Virus record (IMG/VR): IMGVR_UViG_2522572021_000019
Source of the DNA: a virus
Taxonomy: Duplodnaviria > Heunggongvirae > Uroviricota > Caudoviricetes
Direction: 5' to 3' (one strand)
DNA: 26,196 nucleotides
Under the pieces are notes generated by a model, which was not told the DNA's origin, made no database searches, and worked only from the letters and a program-made list of their open reading frames with translations. The position numbers and the translations under genes are program-made. This document shows positions 8,896 to 20,961 of this stretch, one piece after another. The stretch's first letter is position 1; every line of letters starts with the position of its first letter.

Positions 8896-9474
8896 ATGAA
8901 GGGGCTTGAGAATGCCATCCGCAATCTGAACAGCCTTGATACCCGTATGGTGCCACAGGCCAGCGCATGGGCGATAAACCGTGTGGCACAGAAAGCGGTC
9001 TCGGTTGCCACCCGGCAGGTTGCCGGGAATACCGTTGCGGGAGATAACCAGGTGAAAGGGATCCCCCTGAAACTGGTACGTCAGCGTGTCCGGGTGTTTA
9101 AAGCCAGTCCGTCAGGAAAAATGACGGCCAGGATCCGCGTTAACCGAGGCAATCTGCCCGCCATTAAGCTGGGGACAGCCCGGGTCAGACTGGCCCGGCG
9201 TGGTGGAAAACTGCAGTACCGTGGCAGTGTGCTGAAGGTGGGTAAATATCTTTTCCGGGATGCGTTTATTCAGCAACTGGCGAATGGTCGCTGGCATGTG
9301 ATGCGACGTATTGATGGCAAAAATCGTTACCCCATTGATGTGGTGAAAATCCCGCTGTCCGGACCGCTGACACAGGCATTTGAAGATGCCCGCGACCACA
9401 TCATTGCTGCGGAAATGCCGAAACAGCTGGGGTATGCACTGAAACAACAACTGAGGTTATGGCTGACCCGATGA
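8896..9474 (+). CDS. Minor tail protein, lambda gpZ-like (192 aa)
   Basis: Same length as lambda Z with conserved blocks (GLENAIRNL, NGRWHVMRRIDGKNRYPIDVVKIP, LGYALKQQLR). Confidence 0.85.
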   Translation: MKGLENAIRNLNSLDTRMVPQASAWAINRVAQKAVSVATRQVAGNTVAGDNQVKGIPLKLVRQRVRVFKASPSGKMTARIRVNRGNLPAIKLGTARVRLARRGGKLQYRGSVLKVGKYLFRDAFIQQLANGRWHVMRRIDGKNRYPIDVVKIPLSGPLTQAFEDARDHIIAAEMPKQLGYALKQQLRLWLTR

Positions 9475-9872
9475 ACCGACATACACAAATCCGCCAGGCC
9501 GTACTGGCACGCCTTCGGGAACAGTGTGGAGACAGCGCCACGTTTTTTGACGGGCTTCCGGCATTTATTGATGCGCAGGAACTGCCTGCCGTGGCGGTGT
9601 GGCTGAGTGATGCTCAGTACACCGGAAAAATGACGGATGAAGATGACTGGCAGGCTGTTCTGCATATTGCCGTCTTCATCCGGGCACAGGCACCGGATTC
9701 AGAGCTGGATATGTGGATGGAGAGCACCATTTTCCCTGCCCTGAATGATGTACCGGCACTTTCCGGACTCATCGACATCCTGATCCCACTCGGTTTTAAC
9801 TATCAACGTGATAATGAGATGGCCACCTGGGCGATGGCGGAAATCACGTACCAGATCACGTACACGAATTAA
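9471..9872 (+). CDS. Minor tail protein, lambda gpU-like (about 133 aa)
   Basis: ATFFDGLPAF...LPAVAVWLSDAQYTGK...HIAVFIRAQAPDSELDMWMES matches lambda U. Start at 9471 overlaps the Z stop (ATGA). Confidence 0.85.
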   Translation: MNRHTQIRQAVLARLREQCGDSATFFDGLPAFIDAQELPAVAVWLSDAQYTGKMTDEDDWQAVLHIAVFIRAQAPDSELDMWMESTIFPALNDVPALSGLIDILIPLGFNYQRDNEMATWAMAEITYQITYTN

Positions 9873-9882
9873 GGAGGTGGTA

Positions 9883-10626
9883 ATGACCACACCAAATCCA
9901 CTGGCAAAGACGAAAGGTGCGGGGACGACGTTCTGGATGTATACCGGCAACGGCGATGCGTTTGCGAACCCTTTGTCGGACACTGACTGGCTGCGTCTTG
10001 CGATGGTGAAGGATCTGCAACCTGGCGAAATGACCGCTGATGCAGAAGATGACACTTATCTCGATGATGAAGATGCAGACTGGAAAACGACAACCCAGGG
10101 GCAGAAATCCGTCGGTGATACTTCGGCGACGCTGGCCTGGCGTCCGGGTGACAGCGGGCAGAAAAAACTGGTTCAGTTGTTCGACTCCGGTGAAGTCTGC
10201 GCGTTTCGTATCAAATATCCCAACGGTACTGTTGATGTTTTCCGTGGCTGGCTGAGTTCACTGGGTAAAACCATTGCCTCAAAAGACGTGATGACCCGCA
10301 CAGTGAAAATCAGCGGTGTGGGGCGTCCGTATCTGGCAGAAGAAGGCACTGAAACCGTGGGCGTTACCGGGCTGACGGTGGCACCGGCATCTGCCAGTGT
10401 AAAAGTGGGAGCAACCACCACGCTGACCTTTACAGTAAAACCTGACGGAGCCAGTGACAAAGCGATCAGTGTGCATTCGACAGATCCACAGACTGCCACG
10501 GTGACCCTGAACGGGCTTGTGGCCACGGTGAAAGGCGTGAAGCAGGGCAGTGTCAGCATTGTGGGCATGACTTCTGACGGCGATTTTGTGGCAGTGGCTA
10601 CGGTGGCTGTCAGCGCCGCAGGTTAA
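9883..10626 (+). CDS. Major tail protein, lambda gpV-like with C-terminal Ig-like (Big_2-type) domain (about 247 aa)
   Basis: KGAGTTFWMYTGNGDAFANPLSDTDW...FRGWLSS matches lambda V; the C-terminal roughly 90 aa is an Ig-like decoration domain. AAGGAGG at 9871-9877 precedes the ATG at 9883. Confidence 0.9.
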   Translation: MTTPNPLAKTKGAGTTFWMYTGNGDAFANPLSDTDWLRLAMVKDLQPGEMTADAEDDTYLDDEDADWKTTTQGQKSVGDTSATLAWRPGDSGQKKLVQLFDSGEVCAFRIKYPNGTVDVFRGWLSSLGKTIASKDVMTRTVKISGVGRPYLAEEGTETVGVTGLTVAPASASVKVGATTTLTFTVKPDGASDKAISVHSTDPQTATVTLNGLVATVKGVKQGSVSIVGMTSDGDFVAVATVAVSAAG

Positions 10627-10645
10627 CAGGACGATACTCATCATT

Positions 10646-10669
10646 TGCCCCGATTATCCGGGGCTTTTT
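10646..10669 (+). terminator. Rho-independent terminator after the major tail gene
   Basis: GCCCCG-ATTATC-CGGGGC hairpin followed by T6 (10664-10669). Confidence 0.6.
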
Positions 10670-10683
10670 TGCAGGTGGAGAAC

Positions 10684-11073
10684 ATGATGTTTCTGAAACA
10701 GGGCACGTTTAATTATGAAAAGCAGTCCGTGGTGCTCAGTGAGCTGTCCGGGCTGCAGAGAATTGAATATCTGGCGTTTGTTCAGCAGCGAACGGCAAAG
10801 TTTGATGCCGAAGAGGGAGAACTGCCGGAGGCTGAACGACAGATTGCTTTTCTGCGGATGGGGATGGATATCAATGCCTGGCTGGTTTCCCGCTCACTGT
10901 GGAATGCGGATCAGTCTAAGGATGTAGAGACGCTTTGCGCATCCGTTATTACAACATGGTCGTATGATGCCCTGGGTGCGGGGGCGGAGATGGTTCTGTC
11001 GCTGAGCGGTATGGGGACCATTGATAAAGCCGGGGATGATGAGCATGAGGCGCTGACGCCGGAAAAGTCCTGA
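10684..11073 (+). CDS. Tail assembly chaperone, lambda gpG-like (about 129 aa)
   Basis: MMFLKQGTF...VVLSELSGLQRIEYLAF resembles lambda G (MFLKTESFEHNGVTVTLSELSALQRIEHLA). The track start at 10645 lies within the terminator. Confidence 0.8.
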   Translation: MMFLKQGTFNYEKQSVVLSELSGLQRIEYLAFVQQRTAKFDAEEGELPEAERQIAFLRMGMDINAWLVSRSLWNADQSKDVETLCASVITTWSYDALGAGAEMVLSLSGMGTIDKAGDDEHEALTPEKS

Positions 11074-11411
11074 CGCGGGAAATGCAGTTTGTCATGCGGC
11101 TTGCCCGGGAGTTCCGACGGGCAGACTGGCGGCGGATGCTGTCGGAAATGTCGGCCACTGAGCTTGGTGAGTGGGGCGATTATTTCCGGATGCAGAGCTT
11201 CAGTGATGTGTGGATGGATGCGCAGTTTGCCTCGCTGAAGGCATTGATCGTGAGAATGGTGTCCGGTAGCAGTGATGCTGCGGTGGCTGATTTCAGCCTT
11301 TTACCGGAAGAGAACGGGATACCGGAGCGAACGGACGAAGAACTGATGCATCTTGGGGAAGGTATTTCCGGAGGTGTGCGTTATGGACCAGATAGCCAAC
11401 CTGGTCATTGA
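11061..11411 (+). CDS. T-frame extension of the G-T tail assembly chaperone, reached by programmed -1 frameshift
   Basis: The -1 frame is open from 11049 (after a TGA at 11046-11048) to 11411, so the shift must fall within 11049-11073; the only slippery-like motif there is G_GAA_AAG at 11061-11067. Confidence 0.6.
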   Translation, partial: GKVLTREMQFVMRLAREFRRADWRRMLSEMSATELGEWGDYFRMQSFSDVWMDAQFASLKALIVRMVSGSSDAAVADFSLLPEENGIPERTDEELMHLGEGISGGVRYGPDSQPGH

Positions 11412-14400
11412 TTTGGGGATTGATGCGGCAGAGTTTAAAAATGAAATTCCCCGTATCAAAAACCTTCTGAATGGTGCAGCCAGCGATGCAGAACGGTCTT
11501 CTGCCCGTATGCAGCGTTTTATGGAGCGTCAGACTCAGGCCGCCCGGCAGACAATGCAGGCGGCTTCTTCGGCTGCAACTGCCGCATCCGTCCATGCGCA
11601 GACGGTGGAGAAGAGCGCACAGGCTCATGAACGCATGGCCCGCGAGGTGGAGCAAACCCGCCAGCGTATGGAGGCACTGAGCCAGAAAATGCGCGAGGAA
11701 CAGGCGCAGGCCATGGCTCTGGCGGAGGCTCAGGATAAAGCGGCTGCCGCGTTTTATCGTCAGATTGACAGTGTGAAACAGGCCAGTGCGGGGCTGCAGG
11801 AATTACAGCGTATTCAGCAGCAGATCCGACAGGCTAGAAACAGTGGCGGGATTGGTCAGCAGGATTATCTGGCGCTGATTTCTGAGGTTACGGCGAAAAC
11901 CCGTGTTCTTACGCAGGCTGAGGCAGAGGCTACCCGACAGAAAGTGGCGTTTATCCGTCAGCTTAAAGAGCAGGCAACCCGCCAGAATCTTTCTTCTTCT
12001 GAGTTGCTTCGTGCTAAGGCTGCCCAGCTGGGGGTAAGCAGTGCTGCAGAAGTGTATATCCGCAAAATGGAGCAGGCAGGAAAAGCCACGCATTCGCTGG
12101 GTCTGAAAAGTGCAGCGGCCCGCCAGGAGATAGGCGTTCTGATAGGTGAACTGGTTCGCGGCAATTTAGGTGCGCTGAGGGGATCCGGGATAACGCTGGC
12201 TAACCGTGCCGGATGGATAGACACACTGATGTCACCGAAAGGCATGATGCTGGGCGGGGTTATTGGCGGTATTGCCGCGGCCGTCTATGGTCTGGGTAAA
12301 GCCTGGTATGATGGTCAGAAGGAGGGGGAAGAATTTAACCGCCAGTTGTCGCTGACGGGGCATTATGCCGGAGTCACTGCCGGGCAGCTGTGGACGCTCA
12401 GTCGTGCTATTTCCGGGAATGGTATCACGCAACATGCTGCAGCCGGTGCGCTGGCTCAGGTGGTGGGGAGTGGCGCATTTCGTGGAAACGATATCGGTAT
12501 GGTGGCGAGAGCTGCCGCACAGATGGAGCGATCGGTTGGCCAGTCGGTCAGCGATACCATAAGTCAGTTTAAGCGGCTGAAGGATGATCCTGTAAATGCC
12601 GCGAAGGCTCTGGACAATGAGCTGCATTTTCTTACTGCCACTCAGCTTGAGCAGATACGTGTCCTTGGGGATCAGGGACGGTCCAGTGATGCTGCACGGA
12701 TAGCCATGTCTGCACTGGCAGAGGAAACCGGTCGGCGTACTGCGGATATTGATAATAACCTCAATGCGCTTGGCAGTACGCTGAAGTATCTGTCTGATTT
12801 GTGGAGTCGTTTCTGGGATGCGGCCATGAATATTGGTCGTGAAGACTCGCTGGATGAACAGATTGCCGCTTTACAGGAGAAAGTGTCGCGGGCGAAAAGA
12901 CTCCCCTGGACGGCATCATCTTCTCAGGTTGAATACGATCAGCAGCGTCTTAACGATCTTCAGGAGAAAAAACGCCAGAAGGATTTGCAGGATGCAAAAG
13001 AGCAGGCAGAGCGGAATTATCAGGAGCAACAGAAACGACGTAATGCTGAAAATGCTGCACTGAACCGGATGAATGAATCGGAAGCAGCACGACATCAGCG
13101 TGAAATTGCGCGTATTAATTCCATGCAGTACGCCGATCAGGCTGTCAGGGATGCAGCGATACAACGTGAAAATGAACGTTACGAGAAAGCCCTGGCATCC
13201 GGTAAGAAAAAAACACGCGAAACCCGTAATGATGAGGCCACCCGGTTATTGCTGCAGTACAGTCAGCAACAGGCACAGGTGGAAGGACAGATTGCTGCTG
13301 CAAGACAGTCAGCAGGCATTGCCACTGAAAAGATGACAGAAGCGCATAAACAGCTTCTGGCTCTGCAGCAGCGCATCAGCGATCTGGACGGGAAAAAACT
13401 GACGACAGATGAAAAGAGTGTGCTGGCCCGTAAAGATGAACTGATTCAGGCACTGATGCTGCTGGATGTAAAACAGCAGGAGCTTCAGAAACAGACGGCA
13501 CTCAACGATCTGAAGAAAAAAACAATTCAGCTGACCAGTCAACTGGCTGAAGAAGAGCGCGCTCAGCGTCAGCAACATGACCTGGATATCGCCACGGTGG
13601 GTATGGGTGATCAGCAGCGGCAGCGATATCAGGTACAACTGAGTCTTCGCCAGAAAAACCAGCAACAGCTGGAGCAGTTGAGGCGGGATAGTGAGCAGAA
13701 AGGGACATATAACACGGATGACTACAGAAAGGCCGAGCAGGCGCTGACGGAGAGCCTGAACCGACAACTGAATGAGAATCGCCGTTACTGGCAACAGCTT
13801 GAAGTTGTGCAGGGTAACTGGAAAAACGGAGTCCTGCGTGCATTTCAGGATTTTACCGTGGATGCAGACAATACGGCAGGAACAGCAGAACAGGTGTTCT
13901 CGTCAGCCTTCAGCAACATGGGAAATGGCCTGGCAACTTTTGTCACTACCGGCAAACTCAACTTCAAATCCTTCACCTCTTCGGTGCTGTCAGATATGGC
14001 GAAAATCCTGGCGCAGGCAACCATGATGAAATCGATAAAAGGGATTGGCAGTGTACTGGGATTTGATCTCAGCAGCCTTTCCCTGAATGCCAATGGGGGG
14101 ATTTATCAGTCTGCTGATTTGAGTCGTTACAGTGGCACGGTGGTTAACCGTCCGACGTTTTTTGCTTTTGCAAAAGGCGCGGGTGTGATGGGGGAAGCTG
14201 GACCTGAAGCCATTCTGCCACTGCGTCGTGGTGCTGACGGTAAGCTGGGGGTTGTGGCGGATATTGGTGGTTCAGGTATGGCGATGTTTGCCCCGCAGTA
14301 CAACATCGAGATCAATAACGATGGCACGAACGGGCAGATAGGTCCGGCTGCCCTGAAGGTGGTTTATGACCTTGGGAAAAAAGCGGCAGCGGATTTTATG

Positions 14401-14448
14401 CAACAGCAGGCCCGTGATGGTGGTCGGTTAAGTGGAGCATATCGGTAA
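11383..14448 (+). CDS. Tail tape measure protein, lambda gpH-like (about 1021 aa)
   Basis: N-terminus MDQIANLVIDLGIDAAEF and C-terminus ...NNDGTNGQIGPAALKVVYD...DGGRLSGAYR match lambda H, with a long coiled-coil centre. GGAGGTG at 11370-11376 precedes the ATG. Confidence 0.9.
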   Translation: MDQIANLVIDLGIDAAEFKNEIPRIKNLLNGAASDAERSSARMQRFMERQTQAARQTMQAASSAATAASVHAQTVEKSAQAHERMAREVEQTRQRMEALSQKMREEQAQAMALAEAQDKAAAAFYRQIDSVKQASAGLQELQRIQQQIRQARNSGGIGQQDYLALISEVTAKTRVLTQAEAEATRQKVAFIRQLKEQATRQNLSSSELLRAKAAQLGVSSAAEVYIRKMEQAGKATHSLGLKSAAARQEIGVLIGELVRGNLGALRGSGITLANRAGWIDTLMSPKGMMLGGVIGGIAAAVYGLGKAWYDGQKEGEEFNRQLSLTGHYAGVTAGQLWTLSRAISGNGITQHAAAGALAQVVGSGAFRGNDIGMVARAAAQMERSVGQSVSDTISQFKRLKDDPVNAAKALDNELHFLTATQLEQIRVLGDQGRSSDAARIAMSALAEETGRRTADIDNNLNALGSTLKYLSDLWSRFWDAAMNIGREDSLDEQIAALQEKVSRAKRLPWTASSSQVEYDQQRLNDLQEKKRQKDLQDAKEQAERNYQEQQKRRNAENAALNRMNESEAARHQREIARINSMQYADQAVRDAAIQRENERYEKALASGKKKTRETRNDEATRLLLQYSQQQAQVEGQIAAARQSAGIATEKMTEAHKQLLALQQRISDLDGKKLTTDEKSVLARKDELIQALMLLDVKQQELQKQTALNDLKKKTIQLTSQLAEEERAQRQQHDLDIATVGMGDQQRQRYQVQLSLRQKNQQQLEQLRRDSEQKGTYNTDDYRKAEQALTESLNRQLNENRRYWQQLEVVQGNWKNGVLRAFQDFTVDADNTAGTAEQVFSSAFSNMGNGLATFVTTGKLNFKSFTSSVLSDMAKILAQATMMKSIKGIGSVLGFDLSSLSLNANGGIYQSADLSRYSGTVVNRPTFFAFAKGAGVMGEAGPEAILPLRRGADGKLGVVADIGGSGMAMFAPQYNIEINNDGTNGQIGPAALKVVYDLGKKAAADFMQQQARDGGRLSGAYR

Positions 14449-14777
14449 TGGAGACGTTTCACTGGAAAGTGCGCCCGGATATGAATGTGGTATCAGAGCC
14501 GAAAGTGGTGACAGTGAAGCTGGGCGATGGTTATGAACAGCGTCGTGCGGCGGGACTGAATAACCAGTTGTCGATTTACAGCGTGACGATACGTGTTCGT
14601 AAATGTGAACACCCATCTTTAAAAGCCTTTCTGGAACGGCACGGTGGCGTCCGCGCATTTCAGTGGACGCCACCTTATGACTGGAAGCCGATCAGGGTGG
14701 TTTGTCGTAAATGGTCGGCAAGCGTGGGGGCGTTGTGGGTAACCATAACGGCAGATTTTGAACAGGTCGTGGCATAG
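14448..14777 (+). CDS. Minor tail protein, lambda gpM-like (109 aa)
   Basis: METFHWKVRPDMNVVSEP...GDGYEQRRAAGLN...FQWTPPYDWKPIRVVCRKWS...FEQVVA matches lambda M. Start overlaps the H stop (TAATG). Confidence 0.9.
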   Translation: METFHWKVRPDMNVVSEPKVVTVKLGDGYEQRRAAGLNNQLSIYSVTIRVRKCEHPSLKAFLERHGGVRAFQWTPPYDWKPIRVVCRKWSASVGALWVTITADFEQVVA

Positions 14778-14786
14778 GAGTCTCTG

Positions 14787-15485
14787 ATGCAGGATATTCC
14801 ACAGGAAACACATCATGAGACGACACGCCTCACTCAGTCAGCCCAGATGGTGCTCTGGGAAATCGATCTGACAGAGGTCGGTGGAGAACGTTATTTTTTC
14901 TGTAATGAGCAGAACGAAAAAAGTGAGCCGGTCACCTGGCAGGGGCGACAGTATCAGGCGTATCCCATTCAGGGGACGGGATTTGAACTGAACGGCAAGG
15001 GCAGTGCTGCCCGTCCGACACTGACGGTTTCTAACCTGTACGGTATGGTTACCGGTATGGTGGAAGATATGCAGAGTCTGGTCGGCGGAACGGTGGTCAG
15101 GCGTAAGGTTTACGCCCGTTTTCTGGATGCGGTGAACTTCGTCAACGGAAACAGCGACGCCGATCCGGAGCAGGAGGTGATCAGTCGCTGGCGCATCGAG
15201 CAGTGCAGCGAACTGAGCGCGGTCAGTGCCTCCTTTGTACTGTCCACGCCGACGGAAACGGACGGCGCTGTTTTTCCAGGACGTATCATGCTGGCCAACA
15301 CCTGCACCTGGACCTATCGCGGTGATGAGTGCGGTTATCACGGTCCGGCAGTCGCGGATGAATATGACCAGCCGACGTCCGATATCACGAAGGATAAATG
15401 CAGCAAATGCCTGAGCGGCTGTAAATTTCGCAATAACGTCGGCAACTTTGGCGGCTTCCTTTCCATTAACAAACTTTCGCAGTAA
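14787..15485 (+). CDS. Minor tail protein, lambda gpL-like (232 aa)
   Basis: Same length as lambda L, with the C-terminal Cys cluster (CTWTYRGDECGY ... CSKCLSGC). Confidence 0.9.
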   Translation: MQDIPQETHHETTRLTQSAQMVLWEIDLTEVGGERYFFCNEQNEKSEPVTWQGRQYQAYPIQGTGFELNGKGSAARPTLTVSNLYGMVTGMVEDMQSLVGGTVVRRKVYARFLDAVNFVNGNSDADPEQEVISRWRIEQCSELSAVSASFVLSTPTETDGAVFPGRIMLANTCTWTYRGDECGYHGPAVADEYDQPTSDITKDKCSKCLSGCKFRNNVGNFGGFLSINKLSQ

Positions 15486-15489
15486 TCCC

Positions 15490-16233
15490 ATGACAGAGAC
15501 AGAATCAGCGATTCTGGCGCACGCCCGGCGATGTGCGCCAGCGGAGTCGTGCGGCTTCGTGGTGAGAACGCCGGAAGGGGAAAGATATTTTCCCTGCGTG
15601 AATATCTCCGGTGAGCCGGAAGATTATTTCCGGATGTCGCCGGAGGACTGGCTGCGGGCAGAAATGCAGGGGGAGATTGTGGCACTGGTCCACAGTCATC
15701 CCGGTGGTCTGCCCTGGCTGAGTGAGGCTGACCGGCGGCTGCAGGTGCAGAGTGATTTGCCGTGGTGGCTGGTCTGCCGGGGTGAGATTCACAAGTTCCG
15801 CTGTGTGCCGCATCTCACCGGGCGTCGCTTTGAGCACGGGGTGACGGACTGTTACACGCTGTTTCGGGATGCTTATCATCTGGCGGGGATTGAGATGCCG
15901 GATTTTCATCGCGGGGATGACTGGTGGCGTAACGGTCAGAATCTCTATCTGGATAATCTGGAGGCCACAGGGCTGTATCAGGTGCCGTTGTCAGCGGCGC
16001 AGCCGGGCGATGTGCTGCTGTGCTGTTTTGGTTCATCGGTGCCGAATCATGCCGCCATTTACTGTGGTGACGGCGAGCTGCTGCACCATATTCCTGAACA
16101 ACTGAGCAAACGAGAGAGGTATACCGACAAATGGCAGCGACGCACACACTCCCTCTGGCGTCACCGGGCATGGCACGCATCTGCCTTTACGGGGATTTGC
16201 AACGATTTGGCCGCCGCATCGACCTTCGTGTGA
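15490..16233 (+). CDS. Tail assembly protein, lambda gpK-like (JAB/MPN plus NlpC/P60 domains, about 247 aa)
   Basis: MTETESAILAHARRCAPAESCGFVV and the HSHP metalloprotease motif match lambda K; C-terminal region is almost as I recall lambda K. Confidence 0.9.
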   Translation: MTETESAILAHARRCAPAESCGFVVRTPEGERYFPCVNISGEPEDYFRMSPEDWLRAEMQGEIVALVHSHPGGLPWLSEADRRLQVQSDLPWWLVCRGEIHKFRCVPHLTGRRFEHGVTDCYTLFRDAYHLAGIEMPDFHRGDDWWRNGQNLYLDNLEATGLYQVPLSAAQPGDVLLCCFGSSVPNHAAIYCGDGELLHHIPEQLSKRERYTDKWQRRTHSLWRHRAWHASAFTGICNDLAAASTFV

Positions 16234-16778
16234 AAACGGGGGCCGAAGCCATCCGGGCGCTGGCCACACAGATCCCGGCGTTTCGTCAGAAACTGAGCGA
16301 CGGCTGGTATCAGGTACGCATTGCCGGGCGTGATGCTGGTGAAACCGAATTGTCTGCCCGTCTTAATGAGCCGCTGGCAAATGGTGCCGTGATCCACATC
16401 GTGCCGCGTCTGGTGGGAGCTAAAAGTGGCGGTGTGTTTCAGGTGGTGCTTGGGGCGGCGCTGATTGCGGTGGCATGGTGGAACCCTGTGGGCTGGCTGG
16501 GTGCCGCGGCTGTATCGGGCATGTATGCGGCAGGGGCCAGTATGGTCCTGGGCGGAGTGGCGCAGATGCTGGCACCGAAAGCCAGAACTCCCACAGCGAC
16601 CAGCACGGATAACGGCAAACAGAACACCTATTTTTCTTCGCTAGATAATATGGTTGCACAGGGTAATTCGCTGCCGGTGCTGTATGGCGAAATGCGCGTG
16701 GGGTCCCGGGTGGTATCTCAGGAGATCAGCACGGCAGATGAAGGTGATGGTGGTCAGGTTGTGGTGATTGGTCGCTGA
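16131..16778 (+). CDS. Tail assembly protein, lambda gpI-like (215 aa)
   Basis: MAATHTLPLASPGMARICLYGDLQRFGRRIDLRVKTGAEAIRALATQ... and C-terminus ...MRVGSRVVSQEISTADEGDGGQVVVIGR match lambda I. Overlaps the 3' end of the K-like gene as in lambda. Confidence 0.85.
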   Translation: MAATHTLPLASPGMARICLYGDLQRFGRRIDLRVKTGAEAIRALATQIPAFRQKLSDGWYQVRIAGRDAGETELSARLNEPLANGAVIHIVPRLVGAKSGGVFQVVLGAALIAVAWWNPVGWLGAAAVSGMYAAGASMVLGGVAQMLAPKARTPTATSTDNGKQNTYFSSLDNMVAQGNSLPVLYGEMRVGSRVVSQEISTADEGDGGQVVVIGR

Positions 16779-16796
16779 TGAAAAACGTTTTATGTG

Positions 16797-16820
16797 AAAC
16801 CGCCTCCGGGCGGTTTTGTC
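16797..16820 (+). terminator. Terminator-like hairpin between the I-like and J-like genes
   Basis: AAACCGCC-TCCG-GGCGGTTT (perfect 8-bp stem) followed by T-rich TGTCGTTT. Likely a partial terminator, since J must be expressed downstream. Confidence 0.3.
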
Positions 16821-16835
16821 GTTTATGGAGCGTGA

Positions 16836-20237
<3,402 letters not shown>

Positions 20238-20255
20238 ATTTTATAACCCATAACG

Positions 20256-20279
20256 GGCGTCAGAAATGACGCCTTTTTT
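20256..20279 (+). terminator. Rho-independent terminator after the J-like gene
   Basis: GGCGTCA-GAAA-TGACGCC hairpin followed by T6 (20274-20279). Confidence 0.6.
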
Positions 20280-20303
20280 ATTGCAGAAAAGCGAGAGGTA
20301 ATT

Positions 20304-20903
20304 ATGCGTAAACTTTATGCCACCATTTTGTCCGCAGCCATCTGTCTGGCCGTATCCGGTGCGCCTGCATGGGCGTCTGAACATCAGTCCACGCTGAGCG
20401 CGGGCTATCTTCATGCCTCGACGAACGTTTCCGGCAGCGATGATCTGAACGGGATTAACGTGAAATACCGTTATGAGTTTACGGACACACTGGGGCTGGT
20501 GACGTCATTCAGCTATGCAGGAGACAAGAATCGCCAGCTTACCCGTTACAGCGATACCCGCTGGCATGAAGATTCAGTGCGTAACCGCTGGTTCAGCGTG
20601 ATGGCGGGGCCGTCTGTACGCGTGAATGAATGGTTCAGCGCGTATGCGATGGCGGGAGTGGCTTACAGCCGTGTGTCGACTTTCTCCGGGGATTATCTCC
20701 GCGTAACTGACAACAAGGGGAAAACGCACGATGTGCTGACCGGAAGTGATGACGGTCGCCACAGCAACACGTCTCTGGCGTGGGGGGCTGGCGTGCAGTT
20801 TAACCCGACCGAATCCGTGGCCATTGATATTGCTTATGAAGGCTCCGGCAGTGGTGACTGGCGCACTGACGGTTTCATCGTGGGTGTCGGTTATAAATTC
20901 TGA
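20304..20903 (+). CDS. lom: Lom outer-membrane protein (Ail/Lom/PagC family beta-barrel, 199 aa)
   Basis: Signal peptide [24 protein letters not shown] followed by a protein essentially co-linear with lambda Lom as I recall it; sits in the lambda position between J and the side tail fibre. Confidence 0.9.
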   Translation: MRKLYATILSAAICLAVSGAPAWASEHQSTLSAGYLHASTNVSGSDDLNGINVKYRYEFTDTLGLVTSFSYAGDKNRQLTRYSDTRWHEDSVRNRWFSVMAGPSVRVNEWFSAYAMAGVAYSRVSTFSGDYLRVTDNKGKTHDVLTGSDDGRHSNTSLAWGAGVQFNPTESVAIDIAYEGSGSGDWRTDGFIVGVGYKF

Positions 20904-20930
20904 TTAGCCAGGTAACACAGTGTTATGACA

Positions 20931-20956
20931 GCCCGCCGGTTCAGGCGGGCTTTTTT
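20931..20956 (+). terminator. Rho-independent terminator after lom
   Basis: GCCCGCC-GGTTCA-GGCGGGC hairpin followed by T6 (20951-20956). Confidence 0.65.
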
Positions 20957-20961
20957 GTGGG

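Noticed and set aside
13309-13794. 161-aa minus-strand ORF, and 14838..15491 (217 aa)
   Set aside because: Antisense to the tape-measure and L-like genes respectively; low-complexity translations and no independent support.
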